DNA of 63,629 nt, counting the filler, from Lenisia limosa (Eukaryota > Protista > Breviatea), in the NCBI GenBank assembly GCA_001655205.1. It is 11 parts of 11 records of this genome, joined end to end, with 100 filler letters (N's around TTAATTAATTAA, not from the genome) between each part and the next. Parts side by side here need not be neighbours in the genome. Positions count along the whole stretch, not along the records: positions 20,222 to 40,610 come from LPNZ01006955.1; 10 more parts are not named here. One strand, 5' to 3'. A program made the position numbers and the translations under genes. The notes beneath the pieces are model-generated. The model saw nothing but the letters and a program-made list of their open reading frames with translations. It was not told where the DNA came from and ran no database searches. Each line of letters starts with the position of its first letter. Positions within the stretch are counted from its first letter, which is position 1. Shown here one piece after another: positions 23,301-35,300 of this stretch.

Positions 23301-26300
23301 GCTACTTCGACCATATTAGGCCTTTTTTTGCTGGTTCAACATACTGCTATATCACTAGATACATTTAAACAAAGGACGATTTTTTTTAGTGCCGAGCATT
23401 ATTGTTGCAGGAGTTTCTGCATTAGAAGCGTCCCTTGTGACTAGCCATCAGACTGAAGCAGGCCTGAGGGCTCAAGTAAGCCACAGCTTCTGAAACCGCA
23501 AATATGGATTTTTGAAGATTCACAGATCTCCGACAGATCTACACAATTTATCATAATTCCAGATCTGCTGCCCTGTGTCAAAACGTCTTTGCTGACACTC
23601 CTAGATAGCAAGCAAGGACTCGCACATTACCCAGCTGACAAATGACGCTCGTCTGACGTCTATCGGCGCAGAGTCCGACATCAAAAGGCTCAAGGAGGAC
23701 CTTCAAGCCGAAATCGTTCGTGGTTCTCAAATAGCCGTTTGATCGGCGTATAAACAACTCAAATTCGTGCCAATGTAAAGTCATGGTCTTCAGGCTCGAC
23801 ATTCACAAGCAATGATCCAGGAGCAGACCCGGAGTAACGATCTTAAGATCCGCTTAGAGACGACACAGGCTGAAATGGAGAGAGAGTGAGGGGATATGAA
23901 GCAGTTGGTCTTCTCAGTTGGCGTGGCTGCCTTCTCAACTTTTCACAGTGTGTAATGCGTGTTGACATTTGTAGATGCTCAGCACTGAAGGCTCAACTCA
24001 GTTCCAAAGACAATAACATCGTGAGTTGAGTGAACATGATTTTTGAGGTACACATCAGATTTAATCCATGAAGATGTCGCTTTCATCTGAGAGGGACAGC
24101 AGCAGCGCCCGCTCGCAAAGCCTTGAAACCCAGCTTAGCCATGCGCAGCATGAGGTAATCCAAGCAATCATTACCCCTTTCAGAGCCGAGGAATTAATGT
24201 CATCAAAACCCCATAACCCTGAAACTATTATATGTCATCACAACACCCCATAACCCTGATAGTTGTCGGCTCTTCGTGACCAGATATTTGCTGTCGACAC
24301 TGAGAGGGCCGATGCGATGCGTGGCGAAGCCGAGGCTAAGGGCAAAGTGGCCGTGGTCGAGACTCAGCTGGAGGTCGGACCTAGGGGGGGGGGGCATCTT
24401 TTCGTTGTTGAACTATTGCCATCATGTTTGAAACTGTTTAACGCCTCAGATTCTCAAGAAGGAGTCGTCTTCCTCAACCTCAACTTCTGTTCGACGGACA
24501 ACTGAGTTGGAAACTCTGTTGGAAGAGGAACGCGCGAAGTAAGCCATGTTTACTCAACTCACGCCATGTTTACTCAACTCACGCCATGACTCAACTCACG
24601 CCATGTTTACTCAACTCACCTCATGTCCACTCAACTCACGCCATGCTTACTAACTTCTGGGATATATAGTGCTCATAAACAAGCTATCCGTCAAATACAA
24701 GAGCTCTGTTGTGATGGTCCAGGAACAGTGCCATGTCCACCAGTGTGCTGGACTTGGAGTCGAGGCTTCGGTCCGCTGACACAAGAGAAAAACAGGTCTG
24801 ACACAATAATAATATCATCAAAATGGTAACTAAATTAAACCTTTAGTAGGGTATCTTATTATTACAATGCATTTTTGTGACGTTTAAGTCCCAATCAATG
24901 ATGGAGGATATGACCAAATCGCTTGAAGAACTGAACAATGAGCTCCAAGACACTCGCAAGAAACTTGATGATGTCAGTTGGGTTGGTCACTTTTTATACA
25001 TTCTTCGAGTGTGGGTAATCTTATTGCACGTAATACATGATTTCAATAATCGTTTAGACCCTTGTTAAATACGATTCAGCGCACAATACTCTGAAATCCA
25101 CGAGTGAAGTAAGTCAACTGGTTTTTTCGTTATCCCATATGTACATGATCAGAGTGTCATTTTTAAGGACCTAATCCACTGGAGAGAAAGCTGCAATAAG
25201 GCCAACGACAGGGCTCGTGAGAGTGAATCCGCAAATCTTGACCTCCAGGTGAGCAAACTTGGCCAAAAAGGTAATAATACCTATTCTATTCTTGGTTTTT
25301 ATTCTCATTGCTATATATTCTATTCTNNNNNNNNNNNNNNNNNNNNNNNNNNNNNNNNNNNNNNNNNNNNNNNNNNNNNNNNNNNNNNNNNNNNNNNNNN
25401 NNNNNNNNNNNNNNNNNNNNNNNNNNNNNNNNNNNNNNNNNNNNNNNNNNNNNNNNNGAGCAACCAAGCCGGCGAGATCGAGACTCTCAGCTCCAAAATT
25501 AGAGTGAGGGTGTAGCCAAGAGCATAAGATCGGAATGTCCTGTGTGCTCTCTTATTACATTGTGATACTACACTTGAGATACTGCAATTCCTATTATGTC
25601 AGCACCCCTCCCCCTCCATCACGTCATGCGGGGCTGNNNNNNNNNNNNNNNNNNNNNNNNNNNNNNNNNNNNNNNNNNNNNNNNNNNNNNNNNNNNNNNN
25701 NNNNNNNNNNNNNNNNNNNNNNNNNNNNNNNNNNNNNNNNNNNNNNNNNNNNNNNNNNNNNNNNNNNNNNNNNNCCTTATTCTCCATAGATGCAAGAATC
25801 AACGCTGTCCACATCCAAGGGTGAGGCTGACAACCGAGCCAAGAAACAGGCCATCTTGACTGAGACGATTGAGGCTGCCGAACATCGTGCACGCGCTGCC
25901 GGTTGGATATGTCTTCTGAGTATCATATCTTCGGCTTCGTACAAAAAAAAGACCGGTAAAATGTCGATAGTTTTCGAGGATTTATCGAGAAATTTAGTCT
26001 TTTTTCGAATCGAAGTGAAGGCCTACTCATATCACTTTTCGGGCCATTTTCTCAATGCTATGTGAACTACCTTTTTCCACGCAGTGATATGATGCAGCTT
26101 GTTCACTAATATGATAATTGACCATCAAGTCTCATTGATTCTCAAATACATTCGGGGAGAACCCTCGTGTTATCTTTTACCATTGGAAATGGGACAACAT
26201 ATCAGGTACATGATTGTATTCATCCTTCAAGAACATTCGGCCGATACCTTCCGATCGCAATTGACCGAAGCATCGGCGAGATACTCCACAGCCGAAAATA

Positions 26301-29300
26301 AGTAGGTTGCATCCCCCATGTTCTTCCGCATTATTCTTGAGACACTCACCTCCAGACTCCAACATACAGCGCAGAAGTTGGCAGATGCGCGTGACGACTG
26401 CGCAAGATACGAAAAACAAATCATAGATCTCAAGGACAAGCTGAGCCACGACAATAACGAAATAATGAGATCCAGCACTATAATTGCGTAGGCCTGTCCA
26501 TTGGTGTAATCTTCCAGGTCAAGTAACACTGAGACTGACCGTTTGACCAAGGCGCTCCAACTCAAGCAGTCCCAAGTAAGCTGAAACGTCTTAAAAAAAA
26601 CTTCTTTTTTGTGTTGTATTAAGTTGACACAATTACTACTTTTTTCTTATAGCTACATAGATATATTATAATTCCTTTTTCATTTTTCAACATACTGTAT
26701 CATCACATACTGTTCTTCCTTTTTGAAAAAGTGTTCACTTTTTAGTTGGACCAGTGCCTTGGCGAGCAGGCCAGACTTAACACGCGCAACCAGGTGCTGG
26801 CTAAACAGGCTGGGGAGGCCCGGGCTAGTTTGGCTGAGGCCAAGGCGGAGGTTGGGACTGAACGAACTGAAATGAACTGAACCGAACTGAACTGATATTC
26901 TAGACGAAACGTTCGAAGGCGTTGGAGAAGGCGGCGTTAGCGGCACGTGACCAGGCAATAGCCCGACAGCAGAAGGCCGTGGCCGAAGTGGGGGGGGGGG
27001 TTGAGCAAGGAAAATACAGCTACATTATCATTTATCATATCGAGATATGTCTTGACTTTACGGATTTAGACACAAGCCAGTCGCACCCTCGGATCCAGTC
27101 AACTTGCTGAAACTGTGAATAATATCGAGCTCATGCAGAAAAGTAGGCCCCAGGGTTGTTGTAGGCTCTCAAGGTAGAGTTTTCTTCTTTTTTTCTCTTT
27201 TTTTCTTCTTTCAATCACCCCCCCCCCATTCTGCTTTCTGTGTTTCCACATCCCCTCCACTATTTCAGTGAATATATTCCCATTTCCATGCGCAATCCCT
27301 TGTTTCGGGGTTTGTATAAATACCTAAATGAGGCACACAGAAAGCGGTGTGCACAGAGTTGTAAGGCAAATGATTGGGTGAATTTAATATGATACATAAT
27401 TCAAAATATCTTATAAGCGTGATGGTGTNNNNNNNNNNNNNNNNNNNNNNNNNNNNNNNNNNNNNNNNNAGATTCGGATCCCCTCTTTGCATGCAGTTTA
27501 CTCTTCAGATGTTCTGGAGAAGGAGGCAGAGTGGGCCACTGAACGGTCCGACCTCGAACAATCCGTCAATAAACTTAGGGTGGGGTGAGTAGCAATCTTT
27601 GGCTGGTAGTGATATTTCATCTTGTTCTTATAAGGCAATTTTCCTCTTTCCTTTTTATTTGTGTGTATGTAGCCCCTTTTGATAATGTAGTACACAAACG
27701 CGGATCTTGAACATGAGATGGCTGAAGTGAACAGAGAGCTGGTGTCACGTGACTTCCGTGTGTCTCAACTTGAAGCAGAAGTCTCTTCAGTCCTTCAGAG
27801 CGTGGGCTACGGGCGGTATGATGTTGACGTTGTTGGTATTTTTTGGTATTGTTGGTAATGATGGTGTTGTCATTAATACTCTTGGTAATGATGTTCAACT
27901 GATGTTGCTGGTCATGGTGTTCATGTAACAGGTTGAGCTTGGAAAGAGCCAGGCAGTTACAATGCCTCTTCCTCTTGATGTTGACCTCCCCCCTCCGCCA
28001 GCTCACAACTCCCCTACTGCGGTGCGTGATATGGGTTTACCTCCTTCAAGAAAATTCTGTTTCAGCATCACAGTTTTGCTCATAAGCTCTTGAAATTGGT
28101 TTTGAAGTGGGATTCCTTTCACCCCCAGGATTGGATTGTGGCAGTGGCGGCACGGGATCGGCGAATTATGTCCCTCAACCAGGCTAGGGCTTCCTTAGAG
28201 GACGAAATACAGCAGTTGCAGGTGAGACCATACCCCATGTTATTTGTTATTTGTGTTATTTACCGCTTCTTTGACATGTATACATCGGTCCTAGAAAGTG
28301 GTCTATTTTTTAGAGTTCGTTTTCATATGTACTTTCGGGCTCATAACTCATGCAATATTCACACCCAGGATGAACTCATGCACATGGAGGCTCAACTCGC
28401 CGCAGCTGCCACTCAGGTTTGATAATGCAATCTGATTAGAGCACATATAAGTATTGATTGCACATATATATTAGCATTCATAGCACATATTAGTATTCAA
28501 GGGGGGGGGGGGCAATCAACCCGGGTTTAGGCCATCAACTAATTTGGCTATCAGAGGGCAGTAGATCTGGGAATTGTGGTGATATTGTGTAGATCTGTCG
28601 GATCAGAGAAAATGTGCATATCTGTGTTTCCTTGTTGGCCATGTGATACCACAGATTTCAGTAAAAGTGACCCTTTAGGTTGAAGCAGCTCTGCGATGGA
28701 GGGAGGCTGCGGCGCACGAGAAGGTCAGTCAAAATGCTTTTCTCATTATGATTTTTGCATTAGTTGTCTAAGAATATTGACACTCGCTGAGTGCCTTTGG
28801 AGTCAAAAGAAGAATAACTTTTTAGAGCTCTTCGGCAGAAAGGGCAGCCGAAATCCGAAACCTGTTGGATGAAATGGAAGCCAGCAAGAAGCACCTCATC
28901 TCAATCAAGGAGGTGAGCCTACCTACTTGGAATCTGATTACCTCGCATGTTGATGACGTATTTAGGACACCATCCATACTCGGGATGAGCTCACTCAAAA
29001 CCAAAGTAAGTGATGGTGAATCGAACAATCACTGCTGTCCTTTTCCCCTGCGTTGAGATAACACTCATGTATATAAACCCGGGATAAAGACTTAATGAGA
29101 GACATTTTGCATTCCCTGGAGAACTTGTATTGATCCATATCAGTTGATGCGATTTCCTCTGACCTGACCGCTGCCATTCGCGACAAGGAGGCCCTGCAGG
29201 TCAGATTTTGTTTAGTTTGAAAATACTTACTTGCCTTTTTTGGAAGGGTTTTCTCAGGCATCCTTTTTTTTGTTTAATGATCTTTAATTTAAGCTGGCTT

Positions 29301-32300
29301 CTCTTTATCATGGGTTTTCTAGTTTTCCTTACATCAACTCTAATCTTCGAAAATTACTGTTGCTTGGTTCCTGGTACAATACTAGCTTTTTACCCCCCAG
29401 GCTCGAGTTGACGCTGCTGAAGCGGATACTGAGGCTGTTATATCTGCTGTTGCTTGGTAGGACAATTGAGCGTGGTAAATATCACACATCTTCATGTAAA
29501 GTGTCTTCAATCAGTACCTTTCTTGAGACCCCATATTCATTTTGGTGCAGTGAACACTGACAATCCAGCCGTCTGGCATCATTGGACGTTTTGGAGCCTA
29601 AGGAGTCGCAGCGTCTCAGTGACCTCCAGGCGGCCTTCGATGCCCTTTGGGCGGTGCTCAATGATAAGGATTTGGTCGGGGGGAGTGGCCTCAATGATAA
29701 GGACTTGGTCGGGGAGTGGCCTCAGTGATAAGGACTTGGTCGGGGGGAGTGGCCTCAGTGATAAGGGCTTGGTCGGGAGGAGTGGCCTCAGCCTCAGTGA
29801 TAAGGGATTGGTCGGGAGGAGTGACCTCGGTGATNNNNNNNNNNNNNNNNNNNNNNNNNNNNNNNNNNNNNNNNNNNNNNNNNNNNNNNNNNNNNNNNNN
29901 NNNNNNNNNNNNNNNNNNNNNNNNNNNNNNNNNNNNNGTCGGGAGGAGTGGCCTCAGTGATAAGGGCTTGGTCGGGGGGAGTGGTGTCTTAAGCATTTCT
30001 ACCCATCATAAGGCAATTAACTTAACCTTCGTCCCCTGTTTACCTTCACAGAAATCTACAGTGTTGAAGGAGGAGGTAGCACAGAAGAAGGAAGAGGTTG
30101 GCAGTGAAAGAGCTGACATACCATGTTGAACATTATCAGACTATGTATTGAGAGTGAAAAAGTTGACACACTAGGTTGAACATTATCACACTTTGTCGGA
30201 TACATTGAAGGACGAACTAACTGGATCCGAGTCTGCAATGGAGGTACAAAGGGGATAGGGGGGGTCCACAGAGCCATCCCAAAGAGGATTCTTTATGACT
30301 TCGTCATATTATATCAAGTTTGCCGCTCTTTCTTTTGATACCATCATATCAAGTTTGTTGCTCTTTATTGTATCCATTTTTGGATTTGATATGAAAAATA
30401 TATTGAGATAGCAACCTATTGATGCCTCACCATGCAGTCCCTGAGAGCGTCTTTGGCCGTGGTCGAGGGTGAAAACGCCCGGACTAAAGAGAAGTTACTG
30501 GCTGCTCAGTCTGACGCTGCAAATGCGGTATGTCTTCAATGGGTTGTTGGAAGGGCTGCACTCCGGTATGAAAAAGATCGGTAATATGCTGAGATATATA
30601 TCGAGAAATTCAGCTATTGTTTTAAATCAGGATACACAAGTCAGGATTTGTCCGCTTAGCAATTTGGAAAGAACCTGGGGTTGTGACGATTTCAGACCAG
30701 TGATGTTGTGCGGCTGCAATGTGCTCTTGAGGAAGCCGAAGCAATGGCCACACCTGCCGTGCCTGAAGAAAAGGAAAATGTGAGAATACCCTTTTGGAAC
30801 TGCTAATTTTATAATATCTTATGGGATATCAATCTCCCAGAAGCTTACATCTTTAAGCAATATCTATATTCTCTAACATACATCTTCACCAAACTGAAGG
30901 CAAAGCCTCTGCTGACAGACCAGAATACACCCACACCAGAAATCCAGGCTTGGCGTGAAAGAGCGGAATCAGCAGAGGGCGAACTCAAAACAGCCAGGCA
31001 GCTGGTGGGTGGGTGTGGCAGTGGGGTGGCTAGAGGTGATGGCCTGAATTCCAACTATTTTTTTATTATCATAGAGAGAGTTTATGACCATTTAGACTGG
31101 CCGTCTGAAAGCGCTTGTTCGCGAGGATCAGCTTCAGGCAATTGCGACTTCTCTGCAACGTAGGAGATCTTTGGAATAGCTGTGATGATTGTCAAATATT
31201 GGGTGTCATTCTTGATTGGGGGTAACAACTTGGATCTTTTATCTGGGCTTGAAGATGAACATCAGATTTCTTTGTAGTTTCATTTCTGTCGGTCTCTATA
31301 ACTGTTCAGCGCCTCCGTCTGTGTTTGTACCCTCAACATCCGAGCCGGCTGCAGCACTTGTCACCGCCCTTGGCCGCGTAGCCACTCTAGAGGTTGGTTC
31401 TAATGGCTGTTTCATCTCCTACCTTAACTGGATCATTGATTTGACTGTTTAGGCTGCGCTGGAGGAGGCAAAGAATGAGTCATCTTCTAAGACTACTGCA
31501 CTGCACGAGAACAGAACTCTCCTGGCTGTAGGGGTGTCCGCAATGAATAAACAATAACAGATATTAAGCACAATTCTCTTGTGATCGATCTGCAACTGGA
31601 ACTCATAATCTAGGAAGCCGAGGGCCTAGCCAAGGAGCTGGAGCTACAAGCTTCGGAATTTGAGGCGGACTCAAGGGCTAAGGAGAGCAGAATGGAAACG
31701 GAAATCCAAGACCTGAAGGTGCGTAGTACCCCCACATTCCGCTTATTGACGAACTAGGCTCGATATGCATCCCTGGAAGCCCAGCAAACAGATTCGGCTG
31801 AGACGTCTTCGGCCAACCTGGCTCAGCTCGAAGACTCTGTCAGGGAATTGAAGACCAAACTCAACGCTTCGGTTTGTTGGGGTGTTTTGAGAATACTTCG
31901 GATAAAATAGTCGAATGTGTAACATTGGCAAGAGGTCCTATTCTGAATATCTTTTATCAACTCTATATTGTTCCATTCTCTGCTAATTCACCCAATTAGG
32001 CGCAAGACCATGCAACGGAATTGGCTGCGTCAGAGGACCGAATCCTCCGCCTCCAAGAAGGCAGAAAGGTGAGAACTTCAGCGACTGGCTCTAACCTTCA
32101 GGCTTCAAATACTTGTCTCATGATATCGTTAGGTTTACTTGTCTCATGATATCGTTGGGGTTTTTTTTTATTTATATTTTTGGTTACCCTTCGCCTTTGT
32201 AGCCATACCCACTGTAAATTAGCTACATGTTCATTCATGCGATGTTATTCCTAAATTCACAGGTGTTGGAAGAGGCTGTTGATCGACTGACGACGGACCT

Positions 32301-35300
32301 TGAAAGCTCCCAGGTAGCCGAGTGTACTGGATTCTTGTATCTACCTGCTTATCGTTCGCTTTTTGTCCTGATTATCGGCAAATTTCAACCCAACCTTGTT
32401 TTTGTTTCACCATGCCCCAGGTTGTTGGCGACGAGAGCGGCAACAGAGCGGCCGAGGCCGAGTTGGCCACGCGGCATCTGAAGTCCGAACTCGAGGCGGC
32501 TGAGGTGGCCTGGATATTTTTTTTTAAAAAAATGTACCAAAAAAACGACAAGGGAAACAAATATTCGGACCATATGTCGGGGAAGCGTCTTGAAGCGTTT
32601 TGGATATTGTACTATTAGTATATTGTATATTATAATATATTGGGTGGTATTGTCCTCCTAATATATCATACATATGTATCATGTATTATATCATATGCAG
32701 TTATTATGACCTTTGGAATTCAGAGCTCTATGCTAAGTAGTTCAGTGTGGTGAGTGTTGTATAGCGCAGCAGTTTTCCTCATGCACACATATTATATCAC
32801 TCACATTCCAGGTCAAGGTGGTGTCATTGACACGAAAGGTCTCGGAGCTAGAAATTGGCCAGGCTGAGCTAGAGAGGCTCAAGGGGCTTGTTGAGGAAAC
32901 CATGGACAAGAACAAGAGGTAGGGCCATTGTGGGTACACTACAGCCGATATAGCTTTTGGGAATTCGCTCCCAAGTCAATGCGCTGTATTGTATTGGATC
33001 TATCAGTCTTACTTGTCAGATGGAAGGAAAAGGCCGAGAAAATGGCACAAGACAATGCCGACACCGAGGTGGCCCAGGAAGCCCTTTTGAAGGTACATGT
33101 GCTATGTATGGGCAGGTTCTATTCTGTGCTTTCCACTCGTTACAGCACAATAAGATTTCTTTCTTTGCACTTTAGTTTTTTTTGGAAATTCCAACGCTCT
33201 TTATGATATTTATTCACTCCCCCCCCCCCCCNNNNNNNNNNNNNNNNNNNNNNNNNNNNNNNNNNNNNNNNNNNNNNNNNNNNNNNNNNNNNNNNNNNNN
33301 NNNNNNNNNNNNNNNNNNNNNNNNNNGCCGATGCTCGTGCAAGAAACGCAACTAATGCAATGAAGGTATTTGATGTGAGACTTTCTTTTCGATTTACTTT
33401 CCTTTGTCCACTCCCTAAATATCTGCCACCGATTTTTTTTTCATTTTCCCTTAAGCTTGAACGTAATATGCGGGCTCTGTATTTTGTCACTGCCCAGTGT
33501 TTACGTAACCATAAAACATGCTATGTTGTATTTACGTACGCTAGAGTGATGGGATGCGGTGCTACAGAAGCGACTGGCCTGAGCTTTGTTTGTTTTGTTG
33601 TTACCAACCCTTGTGTGTTGTCAGCCAAGAGAGTTGATTTTGGGCTTTTTTTTTGTTTCATACATTTTCCAATTCCCCCCAGGCTGCCCGTGATGATTTG
33701 GACACCGCGGAGGAACAAGTACGTACGTTCAAGAAGAAAAAGGCTCAACTTGAGGCCAAGGTAGAGGCTTTGGAAGACGAAGTCAAGCGGCTGGTAAGAG
33801 GTCCTTTTCCATGTCCTGGGATTACAGGTGTAGGAAACCAGCTCAAAACCAGTCGACGAGATTGATGACTTGGTGGAGGTTATGGACACGGAGCAAAAGA
33901 GACACCTAGAAAAAATTGAGAGACTAAACGCCAGGGTACATGGGGATGCTATCACTGGGAATATGATGCGATTGGGGGAGGATAAGTGGGCTACACCTCC
34001 AATGTGCTTGAATGTAACCAGAAATAACCAGCAGATTGCATCCCTTGAAGAGGAGGTTGGAGAACTGAAGCGCGACCTGGACGAGTGTGAGCAGCGGTGT
34101 GCTGGAGTCGAAGAAAGGAACTCCATCCTTGAAACTGACCTGAGAGAAAAGGAGGTACGTCGAGCTTCATTGAACGTTCCCCTTGTTATCGCTTGTTTTT
34201 TGTTTGTAGAGTTTTGATTATTCGGTTCCTGATTAATCAGCCAATAGTCTTCATTACAATTTTCTTCGTTTACCCCTCCCCCAGGACGAACTTGATCGGC
34301 TGAAGGCCACCATATTCGACGCATCGGCTACCACCGGCAGACTAGCGGACCAAGCCAGCCTCGAGCGGTTTGCCGACACGGATTATTCAATTTCTTGTGA
34401 AATGCGAGTTTTTCCTGTGTTGTTTTTTGAAGATTTTTATGTGCTCTTTTATCCATCATATCTTCTGCCAGTTACATTATGGCTATTTAATTTTTCTCAT
34501 CTGATTAACAACCTGTTTTTTTGAGGATTTATCGAGAAATTAGATTTGATTCTTCGTATCCTAACCCAATGCAGCAAGAGACCAAATACACTTTTATTTC
34601 CTCACATAAATGCAGTTTTGAAAATGTGGCTACACGGATATGAATGAAACATACCTACCAGCTGTGCGAAATGTGTACTCGGCAATAATAGGAACAAACT
34701 TAGGAATACCAGCGAGATGTGCTTCGGGTCCAAGAGGAACCAGTGAGATGTGCTTCGGGTCCAAGAGGAGCTCGGGCCCAAGAGGAGCATTCGTCCCATA
34801 ACCTTCATGCATCAGAGAATTAGCTACTTTGGTCTCAGCCGTTTAAGGAGAGAGACGAATACAGTGTCAATATTCGTTGCGGTGAGACTTTCTCGATTTC
34901 TCAGAGCCTCAGTGGTCATCAAAAGTTTAATGTAGCTTACGTTTGTAGTAACCTGATATCTATAATTCATAAAAATAAACCGTACACTCACCGAGATGCC
35001 AAGGATAAGGTGAGCATGCCTCGATGATATCGTTCCTCTGTTGTACCACGGAATTATTGCACTCGTGATACTTCGTCCCAGAAATCAGGATGTCAGTGTC
35101 CTTGGCTGTGCAAAATGGCTTGTCTGGTGGGTCTCGAAACAGTCACGGTGAACCCCAGCGCATCCTCGGCCTGTGTGATGGCGTCCAACATTGCCTTGAA
35201 TCGGATTGGTCCGTTTACGGCTGCCGTTTGGTATTTGCGCTGATGACTGTCAAAAGCATAGCCTCCTCCCCCCCTAATAACCATTATACGCAGTACATGG

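Noticed and set aside
33543-33575. Family B as a C/D-box snoRNA (GTGATGG...CTGA)
   Set aside because: The putative D box varies between copies (CTGA, CAGA, CCGA), box C is non-canonical, and there is no terminal stem.
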